Shown: piece by piece, positions 53,798 through 64,000 of the stretch
Position numbering within the stretch: position 1 is the stretch's first letter
How the letters are laid out: each line of letters begins with the position of its first letter
Made by a program: the position numbers and the translations under genes
The notes under the pieces: model-generated
Seen by the model: only the letters and a program-made list of their open reading frames with translations
Told to the model about the DNA's origin: nothing
Databases searched by the model: none
Source of the DNA: Trichinella spiralis
Lineage: Eukaryota
NCBI RefSeq assembly: GCF_000181795.1
Contig: NW_003526942.1
Coordinates: forward strand, 1-64,000
Reading direction: 5' to 3'
Length of the DNA: 64,000 bases

Positions 53798-54507
53798 NNN
53801 NNNNNNNNNNNNNNNNNNNNNNNNNNNNNNNNNNNNNNNNNNNNNNNNNNNNNNNNNNNNNNNNNNNNNNNNNNNNNNNNNNNNNNNNNNNNNNNNNNNN
53901 NNNNNNNNNNNNNNNNNNNNNNNNNNNNNNNNNNNNNNNNNNNNNNNNNNNNNNNNNNNNNNNNNNNNNNNNNNNNNNNNNNNNNNNNNNNNNNNNNNNN
54001 NNNNNNNNNNNNNNNNNNNNNNNNNNNNNNNNNNNNNNNNNNNNNNNNNNNNNNNNNNNNNNNNNNNNNNNNNNNNNNNNNNNNNNNNNNNNNNNNNNNN
54101 NNNNNNNNNNNNNNNNNNNNNNNNNNNNNNNNNNNNNNNNNNNNNNNNNNNNNNNNNNNNNNNNNNNNNNNNNNNNNNNNNNNNNNNNNNNNNNNNNNNN
54201 NNNNNNNNNNNNNNNNNNNNNNNNNNNNNNNNNNNNNNNNNNNNNNNNNNNNNNNNNNNNNNNNNNNNNNNNNNNNNNNNNNNNNNNNNNNNNNNNNNNN
54301 NNNNNNNNNNNNNNNNNNNNNNNNNNNNNNNNNNNNNNNNNNNNNNNNNNNNNNNNNNNNNNNNNNNNNNNNNNNNNNNNNNNNNNNNNNNNNNNNNNNN
54401 NNNNNNNNNNNNNNNNNNNNNNNNNNNNNNNNNNNNNNNNNNNNNNNNNNNNNNNNNNNNNNNNNNNNNNNNNNNNNNNNNNNNNNNNNNNNNNNNNNNN
54501 NNNNNNN

Positions 54508-54791
54508 CTCTCACGCATTATCGTTTACCTGATTGCTACCTGATCTCCTTTTTAAGAGAGGAGGAGACCGACAGGGGTCGTTCCTTCCATGTATCCATCC
54601 CAATTCTTGGCATTTTGATTCCTATGAGGCGAACCATTTGCTTCCCCGTATTCTTGACCGTGGTCTCTCGCAGCCAAGAATTACGTATGTTGGATGCCTA
54701 GCTAGTTATGATTAAATCACCCACCATAACACGAACCCTATAACGACTGTATTTCCTCTTCAGTAATCTTTACCTGTAACGTACTTGAACA
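54508..54791. mobile_element. Probable LTR fragment inserted in the 5' region of AKR copy D
   Basis: Homology with copies A/B stops at GGAGCAAT, and unrelated sequence starting TGTTCAAG (minus strand) follows. The other end is in the gap. Confidence 0.45.
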
Positions 54792-57075
54792 ATTGCTCCA
54801 TTCCTTTGTGCGGAAAATTTGGAACATAGACGATTAGACGTCAAAAGCTATAATCTCATACGTCTTATTGAAATATCAACATCATTTCGTCAACAAATAA
54901 AACTAATTTTATGCAATTTTTGAACTAATTTCCTTGAATTTCCTCAACAATTAATCAAATTTCAAGTAAAAAATCACAATTGCAAATAACAAGCAAAATC
55001 AGAATCTTACAAATCCAAAGCACACTATCACTCAGAATAAATAAACAAAAGCAAAGATAAATGTTGTTGGCGAGAAAAACGTTGTCGCCTGCGAGCTGGT
55101 GGACTATTCACGAGTTTAATTCAGCGGCAGGTCAGATCTATAATGGTCATCTAACCGCTATCTGATTCACGTTCGCTTCTGAACGTGACGAATTTATCAT
55201 GTACATGTATTATTACAAGTTTTTACAAGAAGTGAAATGGCGTTTATTCAACAAAAGTGCAAGCAAAGTAAGATAATTATGACGTGAAAAAATTACTCAC
55301 AATTAAATCGGTGAAAAGCACACACACACACACACAAGACGTTTGTCACCGTCCCGACGCTCAAATAACGGATCAACTCACTTCCTACTGTTGACTACCG
55401 TCCCCCTGCCTTCAAGTTCTGATCAGCAGGTTCCGTTGACATTGGAAAATTTTCAAAAAATATGAATGACAGGTTGTATTATTTTTCTTTTAAAACTTTT
55501 ACATTAAGTCTACAATTTACAATTAAGTCTTATGAAGTAAACATTACAGAACAATATCATTGTAAAATAAACAAATTCAATGAAAAAAGATTTATGGTAT
55601 TCTTTTGTAACTTTATGTGTTCAAAGGTTCAAAATCAATAAAATTTCTTTTCCTTTTTTTCATTCTATTATTAAATGAACATTTTACAGTTATACATGCT
55701 GGTAGCCTGTCTCAGAAAAGCCTTCGTTGAAAAAATGGAAAAAGTGATTGTGAATGTCCAGATTAGGTAAATCATTATGAGGGCACACATGGTGGGTCAA
55801 AAACTGTAAAGAAACTAAGTAAACAATGTTTAAAGCATAATTTCAAGGTTTTTCATACAATTTAATAATGTGTAGAACTGATTTCTCAAAGGGAACTTCG
55901 CCTGCTTTTTCACATTTAAATGTATGGTTGTCGCTCTAAGAAGTTCCATTTGTTAAATATTTGATTTCTATCAATGGTAAGTTTTCTAATTCAAGGTTTC
56001 ACTGTTTTTATTTTATGTATTCATGGTAGCATGGCTGATAATTTTTCTTAACTTTATGATATCGCATATTTAATTTTTATAGAAAAAAACTGAATTTTTT
56101 GATTGATATAAAAAAGGGAGGTGCTGTTCATATAGACGCAGCGCAACATTAAATGGTGCGAAACAAATAAGATGATAAAAAGCAAACTTATGAAAAAATA
56201 GCTATTCTGGTCGGTTCCATTTACTGCTTTTCTTCTGTTAGCATCATTAAAGTGCTTTACTTTTATCACGCCGAGTGGATAAATAGTGTTCGAAATAAAT
56301 GTCAACCCCAGCAGTTGCTATGCTTGTCAGATAAATTACGTTTGAGCTAGTAATTATGTGAGATTTATGCATTAGATGCTTTTTCGTTTGTTAGAAAATG
56401 TTCAGATGTGTAGCTAAAGACGATTGCAATACAATGGAAAAATCAACAAGTGATGAATTGTCCACAGCTGCAGTGTCAGCTAAAATTAGGCATGGCAACA
56501 GCTAATTTGTTAGCATTAAATACTTTTCTACTTTCCGTCTGACTGTTCTCTCAAAATCTATCTTGCTAGCAATCAAAGAATTTTACTTTAAACCTTTCAA
56601 CCTTCGTATATTTTATTTAAATAAAAAATTAAAAATCTGCAGTATTATTTACAAATCAAAAAACAAATTTATTTACATATTTGATGTAAATTGTAAACTT
56701 TCTATTTCAACTTCTGAACGAAACCGACTAGTGCGTTGGTGAACACTTAAGTTGCCATCTGTTTTCATTTGCATTTGCAACCTTTCAATGTATATTTTAA
56801 TGATAACGAAATATTTAAATATTCCGCATCAAAAGCAGCGCTTATGATGTAGCTGATCTGTTTGATGTTGTATTTCAAATTACATTTGAACTTGGTTATA
56901 AGTGAGCATGGAATTTGGCAAGAATTTCCATGCACTTATTCATTATTTTTATCGTTTAAATTAAGTACAGGGAAATTTTTTTCGGCCAAAATCTTATGCA
57001 CTTATTCAATTGTGCACTTAACCAAGTTTCGACTGTATTTTATATGAAATAATATGAACGTCCAACAGCATTTTT
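54792..57075 (-). repeat. AKR upstream module (copy D), with a MITE derivative ending at 57035
   Basis: Reverse complement of 36447-38423 and of 22745-23243. Confidence 0.92.
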
Positions 57076-58511
57076 NNNNNNNNNNNNNNNNNNNNNNNNN
57101 NNNNNNNNNNNNNNNNNNNNNNNNNNNNNNNNNNNNNNNNNNNNNNNNNNNNNNNNNNNNNNNNNNNNNNNNNNNNNNNNNNNNNNNNNNNNNNNNNNNN
57201 NNNNNNNNNNNNNNNNNNNNNNNNNNNNNNNNNNNNNNNNNNNNNNNNNNNNNNNNNNNNNNNNNNNNNNNNNNNNNNNNNNNNNNNNNNNNNNNNNNNN
57301 NNNNNNNNNNNNNNNNNNNNNNNNNNNNNNNNNNNNNNNNNNNNNNNNNNNNNNNNNNNNNNNNNNNNNNNNNNNNNNNNNNNNNNNNNNNNNNNNNNNN
57401 NNNNNNNNNNNNNNNNNNNNNNNNNNNNNNNNNNNNNNNNNNNNNNNNNNNNNNNNNNNNNNNNNNNNNNNNNNNNNNNNNNNNNNNNNNNNNNNNNNNN
57501 NNNNNNNNNNNNNNNNNNNNNNNNNNNNNNNNNNNNNNNNNNNNNNNNNNNNNNNNNNNNNNNNNNNNNNNNNNNNNNNNNNNNNNNNNNNNNNNNNNNN
57601 NNNNNNNNNNNNNNNNNNNNNNNNNNNNNNNNNNNNNNNNNNNNNNNNNNNNNNNNNNNNNNNNNNNNNNNNNNNNNNNNNNNNNNNNNNNNNNNNNNNN
57701 NNNNNNNNNNNNNNNNNNNNNNNNNNNNNNNNNNNNNNNNNNNNNNNNNNNNNNNNNNNNNNNNNNNNNNNNNNNNNNNNNNNNNNNNNNNNNNNNNNNN
57801 NNNNNNNNNNNNNNNNNNNNNNNNNNNNNNNNNNNNNNNNNNNNNNNNNNNNNNNNNNNNNNNNNNNNNNNNNNNNNNNNNNNNNNNNNNNNNNNNNNNN
57901 NNNNNNNNNNNNNNNNNNNNNNNNNNNNNNNNNNNNNNNNNNNNNNNNNNNNNNNNNNNNNNNNNNNNNNNNNNNNNNNNNNNNNNNNNNNNNNNNNNNN
58001 NNNNNNNNNNNNNNNNNNNNNNNNNNNNNNNNNNNNNNNNNNNNNNNNNNNNNNNNNNNNNNNNNNNNNNNNAAATTAATATAGGGTGTTTATTTTTACA
58101 AATTCATCACTGTTAAATTTAAAATTATGGGGAGCAAACGGTTTACACAATATTTCAAGGAAATTCAGCGGGGATTAATATATGGGGAAAATTTTCGGGT
58201 GAAACGGTTTTTTACAAGGAACACAATGATTTTTGCAGTTTTTTTTGAAAAAGTGTGCAATGACCTTTAGTACTTAACTGTAGGAAATGTCCACCAACAT
58301 ACAGCGTGACTTGTAAGCCATTTTTTCAATATTAGGGCAAAATGTTTACTGCCTACTATCAATAAATAGGCAAAAACGCTTGTCTATTTATCAATAATAG
58401 GGCAATTTTCAACATTAAGCGTAACATATATATAAAATCAGTAACGAACTACGTTTTCTCCATCTTACCACTTTTCTCTGTGCTTGACTTTTCTCTGATT
58501 TGTCTTATCTG

Positions 58512-59938
58512 ATGGCTTACAATTTGCGTTTGGTTTCAAATGAAAGAGGTAATTACAATTTATTACATGTGAAGGAAGAGTTTACAATTTGAAACGTACG
58601 AACATGGAAGATAAGCAGTGGGTTTGCCGTCGGGTAATTCATATTTTATCTGATATCTCATTTCTGTTCATTCAATTCAAGTTTATCATGTAGATAGAAA
58701 AAGGATGCCGGGGTTCAATCCACACGAAATTGGATGTGGACGCAGTGTTGTTTTCTGCTCCTCGTGCAAATGACTGCACCCCTGACAGTGACATCCTATA
58801 TAAAATGGAGAAGAAAAATTCTTTTAAGCGACGGGCAACGTAGGAATTGAAGACCATTCCGCAGATTTACCACGAAGAAGCGGGCAGTGCATCTGCTGAT
58901 TTGGAAACTGCTGGTCAGTTTCCAATGTATAAAAGTGTTAAAGCGTCATTGTACAGAAAACGGGCACAAAAATTTCCAAGACTTTCGCTAACTCGCCAGC
59001 CGCTGGAGATTCCACCCCAATGACGAAAGCTGGTCGCTGCTTTTTGTTGTATAATCATGTATATAATTTTATTTTAATGGTTTCTACAGAAGAAAATCTA
59101 TCCATTTTATCTGTACATTCTGTCTGGTCCATGGATGGAACTTTAAAAATAGTTCCAGAATGGTACCAGCAGATGTTCACCATCCATGTTTTTATTGCGG
59201 GTAAATTAGTGCCACTTGTGTATAGTTTAACCGTCCAAAAGGATCTCTCCACTTAACGTGAAATTTTCGATCATTTAATTTTAAAAGCGGTAACGTGGGG
59301 GTGGTCCTTCAGCCGCAAACAGTAATTTGCGATTTTGAGACCGCGCTGATCCCTGCACTGCATGGGACATTTCCGGGGGTCCACATACAAGGGTGTTACT
59401 TCTAATTCTGCCAAGCAGTTCTGCGGAAGGTGACGGATCTTGGGATGCAAATCAGCTACATCCATGAAGCGGCAACCAAGAAAAAAGTCAAAATGTTGCT
59501 GGCAGCGGCTTTTTTGCCGCTTCATGATATACCTGCTGCCGTGGAACTGCTTGGCAGAGATGCTATTGGTTCAGTAGCAGTCTTGTTCAATTATTTCCGA
59601 GTGGAATGGATGCCCCCTGACAGACTGCCGCTGTGGAATGTATATAATTTAAATATTTGCACGAACAATGATTTGGAAGGCTGGCACTTCAAAATGAACC
59701 GATTTGCGGGGAAGCGACACATTGNNNNNNNNNNGAGCGGGGTTGATGGGAAACATGGAATCAGCAGGTAACATCAGGACGCGTCACCGCTAATGATTTG
59801 CACATCAAAAATAAAAAATATGAACAACTGCAGCAACGCATAACCGCGTTGACTGCAGAATATGATGGTGATACGCGTACAATGCAGCAGTTTTTAAGTG
59901 CTGTGGCTTACCTAGTACCCGAGGCGGAAAATTATTGA
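58512..59938 (+). pseudogene. FLYWCH-MULE transposase pseudogene (copy 1)
   Basis: MAYNLRLVSNERG..GRVYNLKR..WVCRR, an intron, then MDGTLK, CDFETAL, GCYF*FCQAV and TNNDLEGWH. Several stops and frameshifts. Confidence 0.88.
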
Positions 59939-61308
59939 GTGCCAGTCTTTCCTGTACAACTGCATTGTTTATTTTTATTTACTCTGGTGCAGTTTTTATT
60001 GCTTTTCTATGATGATGTTTTATTATATTGTTTGTTTGCATTGTATTGTACTGTATTGTTTTATATTATATTGTTGTTTTGTATTACACTATGTTATACT
60101 TTGTACTGCTGAATAAACTGTTTAAGTACGATAGATCAGCAGATTCTGTGCTATCCAAAAAATAAATTGTCTGATTAATGTCTTCTCAAATAAATAAAAC
60201 CATTACCTACACATTTAACTCTTATGTAAAATTCAGAACATTGCAATGAGTATGGAAACAAAAATACCGCCATATTCTTACATAGGTGATATTTACATTA
60301 ATACAATATAAAAAACGCCATTTTGCTCCAGTCTGTATTGTATTCTTTTTTTATTTTTTCATCGTAATTTCTTTCTCTTACTTTTCTCATTCTGAGAACA
60401 ACAGAATTCATTATAAAACAGTCAAAAGGATATAAATATTTCTTATCCAATCAAATGCGAAGGAGTGACATAAAATCCCATTTATAAGGGCTCGTCTCTC
60501 GATAGGCCACAGACTAGATCCTGAGGTATCCCGAACTGTCTGACACCATACATTGAGCATGAATAAAATCTTCTCCCAATCCCTATAGGTACTGTCATCG
60601 TATTTCTATTACTTTAACTAAAAAGATTGCCATTGCATATCATACTCCNNNNNNNNNNTGTATTCTGACATTACATCCGGAAGTTTACATCAAATCTTGA
60701 TAAATTTCAACAGGCAACAAATTAATTTACAAACAGTGGGAGCAGATTTATATATATATATATATATACATATATGTTACGTATAATGTAGAAAATTGCC
60801 TATTATTGATAATAGGCAAGCGTTTTCTTTTTTCTGGTGTACCCATTTGGGAATATTGTACACTGCAGTGCCCTCATGAAAGTAGTATACGGTGTTTATT
60901 TCTACAATTCATCACTGTTGAATATTAAACATATTGGCAGCAACCGTTACACAATACTATCATGATATTCAGCTGCTGATAATATATTGGGAAACCTATC
61001 TGGTGAAACCGTTTTCTACACTGAACACACTGATTTCTGCAGTTTTTTTTGCAAACTGTGCAATGACCCTTAGTACTTAACTGTAGGAAATGTCCACCAA
61101 CATACAGCGTGACTTGTAAGCCATTTTTTCAATATTAGGCAAATGTTTACTGCCTACTATCAATAATAGGCAAAACGCTTGTCTATTATCAATAATAGGC
61201 AATTTTCAACATTAAGCGTAACATATATATAAAATCAGTAACGAACTACGTTTTCTCCATCTTACCACTTTTCTCTGTGCTTGACTTTTCTCTGATTTGT
61301 CTTATCTG

Positions 61309-62760
61309 ATGGCTTACAATTTGCGTTTGGTTTCAAATGAAAGAGGTAATTACAATTTATTACATGTGAAGGAAGAGTTTACAATTTGAAACGTACGAAC
61401 ATGGAAGATAAGCAGTGGGTTTGCCGTCGGGTAATTCATATTTTATCTGATATCTCATTTCTGTTCATTCAATTCAAGTTTATCATGTAGATAGAAAAAG
61501 GATGCCGGGGTTCAATCCACACGAAATTGGATGTGGACGCAGTGTTGTTTTCTGCTCCTCGTGCAAATGACTGCACCCCTGACAGTGACATCCTATATAA
61601 AATGGAGAAGAAAAATTCTTTTAAGCGACGGGCAACGTAGGAATTGAAGACCATTCCGCAGATTTACCACGAAGAAGCGGGCAGTGCATCTGCTGATTTG
61701 GAAACTGCTGGTCAGTTTCCAATGTATAAGAAACGTTCCATTTTTCCATTGTACAGAAAACGGGCACAAAAATTTCCAAGACTTTCGCTAACTCGCCAGC
61801 CGCTGGAGATTCCACCCCAATGACGAAAGCTGGTCGCTGCTTTTTGTTGTATAATCATGTATATAATTTTATTTTAATGGTTTCTACAGAAGAAAATCTA
61901 TCCATTTTATCTGTACATTCTGTCTGGTCCATGGATGGAACTTTAAAAATAGTTCCAGAATGGTACCAGCAGATGTTCACCATCCATGTTTTTATTGCGG
62001 GTAAATTAGTGCCACTTGTGTATAGTTTAACCGTCCAAAAGGATCTCTCCACTTAACGTGAAATTTTCGATCATTTAATTTTAAAAGCGGTAACGTGGGG
62101 GTGGTCCTTCAGCCGCAAACAGTAATTTGCGATTTTGAGACCGCGCTGATCCCTGCACTGCATGGGACATTTCCGGGGGTCCACATACAAGGGTGTTACT
62201 TCTAATTCTGCCAAGCAGTTCTGCGGAAGGTGACGGATCTTGGGATGCAAATCAGCTACATCCATGAAGCGGCAACCAAGAAAAAAGTCAAAATGTTGCT
62301 GGCAGCGGCTTTTTTGCCGCTTCATGATATACCTGCTGCCGTGGAACTGCTTGGCAGAGATGCTATTGGTTCAGTAGCAGTCTTGTTCAATTATTTCCGA
62401 GTGGAATGGATGCCCCCTGACAGACTGCCGCTGTGGAATGTATATAATTTAAATATTTGCACGAACAATGATTTGGAAGGCTGGCACTTCAAAATGAACC
62501 GATTTGCGGGGAAGCGACACATTGGCTTTTATGAACTGCTCCAGTTGCTGATCGACGAGCAGGGTTGAACGGAAACATTGAATCAGCAGGTAACATCAGG
62601 ACGCGTCACCGCTAATGATTTGCACATCAAAAATAAAAAATATGAACAACTGCAGCAACGCATAACCGCGTTGACTGCAGAATATGATGGTGATACGCGT
62701 ACAATGCAGCAGTTTTTAAGTGCTGTGGCTTACCTAGTACCCGAGGCGGAAAATTATTGA
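61309..62760 (+). pseudogene. FLYWCH-MULE transposase pseudogene (copy 2, near-identical to copy 1)
   Basis: Same motifs and the same lesions as 58512-59938. Confidence 0.88.
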
Positions 62761-63329
62761 GTGCCAGTCTTTCCTGTACAACTGCATTGTTTATTTTTAT
62801 TTACTCTGGTGCAGTTTTTATTGCTTTTCTATGATGATGTTTTATTATATTGTTTGTTTGCATTGTATTGTACTGTATTGTTTTATATTATATTGTTGTT
62901 TTGTATTACACTATGTTATACTTTGTACTGCTGAATAAACTGTTTAAGTACGATAGATCAGCAGATTCTGTGCTATCCAAAAATAAATTGTCTGATTAAT
63001 GTCTTCTCAAATAAATAAAACCATTACCTACACATTTAACTCTTATGTAAAATTCAGAACATTGCAATGAGTATGGAAACAAAAATACCGCCATATTCTT
63101 ACATAGGTGATATTTACATTAATACAATATAAAAAACGCCATTTTGCTCCAGTCTGTATTGTATTCTTTTTTTATTTTTTCATCGTAATTTCATTCTCTT
63201 ACTTTTCTCAATCTGAGAACAACAGAATTATTATAAAACAGTCAAAAGGATAAAAATAAAATTTGACAAATAAAATGCAGAGGAGTGACAACAAATGAAA
63301 TTTAAAGGCGCGCGTCTCTCGGGAGGCCG

Positions 63330-63725
63330 TACACTAGATCAACCGGTAGCCGGAGCTGTCTGTGTCCATACATTAAGCAATAGCAAGATCGAGTCGTAAT
63401 CCAGATAGATACTATCACCAGAATTCTTGAAATAAACAAGACAGATTTCACGTGCCATAACAGACTCACAGCGACTAAAATTATTTGATCTTGATCGGGC
63501 ATTCATCATTATTATTCGTTGCAGTTTTTAACAATATAGACGTTTGTAATAAATATCAATCACTTCTGGCCACAATGAATCACTTTCAAACGTTACTGAA
63601 TTTTGATGCAGACTTTTTCCGTATGCGTTAGTGACGAAAATGACATCATTTAACGCCTGATGAAAAGCTTTTGATTTATCTTCCAAAAAATCCATTGAAT
63701 CAGTAGGAGGTGAATATCCAGCCAT
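63330..63725 (-). pseudogene. Possible cystatin-like domain gene fragment with frameshifts
   Basis: MAGYSPP..KAFHQALNDVIFVTN (helix), then in shifted frames VYIVKT..ECPIK and NFSRCESVMAREICLVYF. The Cys spacing resembles a cystatin fold, but there is no QxVxG motif. Confidence 0.3.
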
Positions 63726-64000
63726 GTCCCTTGTCTTATTTCACCTGTAAGCTTCATTGTGCTTATCAATCGTATCTTATCAATCGTTAACTTTAACCAT
63801 CTGGGTATTTGATTTGCTTGCAACTCACCTTGGTGATACTTGTACCCAAAGGCTCCGAATAGCTGATTGAATTCTCATATCTGGGTAGGTTGGAGCAAGT
63901 CCTGAATTATGTGGAATTTGATAGTCGTCAGAAAATTAACTAAAGAACACATTAACGATTCTCAACTAACATAAAAATAACAGTTGATCTTCAGTCCCAC

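Noticed and set aside
53656..58079. Long ORFs of 247-341 aa
   Set aside because: They are poly-X translations of N-gaps.
58075..63400. Tandem duplication of a ~2.8-kb MULE region
   Set aside because: The cores share the same lesions, while the gap-adjacent ends (58075-58400, 60430-60648) degrade like low-quality read ends. It is probably assembly redundancy, although a real duplication is not excluded.

Overview
AT-rich eukaryotic DNA from a gapped draft scaffold. The compact genes with 55-70 nt introns and the transposon content suggest a nematode, probably a Trichinella-like species (inference). Host genes I could build by hand: an achaete-scute-type bHLH (2 exons), a complete 9-exon aldo-keto reductase (AKR) with further partial copies, an 8-exon single-pass membrane protein with a TSP1-like motif and four EGF repeats, a TTC23-like TPR protein, and ribulose-phosphate 3-epimerase. 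Most of the rest is transposon-derived: an intact BEL/Pao LTR retrotransposon with apparently identical 392-bp LTRs, Gypsy fragments, FLYWCH-MULE remnants, Tigger/pogo and piggyBac remnants, a TA-flanked MITE family, and composite repeats in both orientations. The most unusual structure is the AKR gene amplified as a promoter-plus-gene module. One complete copy sits between ~570-bp inverted arms, and each copy carries a different retroelement in its upstream region. Some tandem duplications next to N-gaps are probably assembly artefacts. I cannot demonstrate a wholly new biological system from sequence alone.
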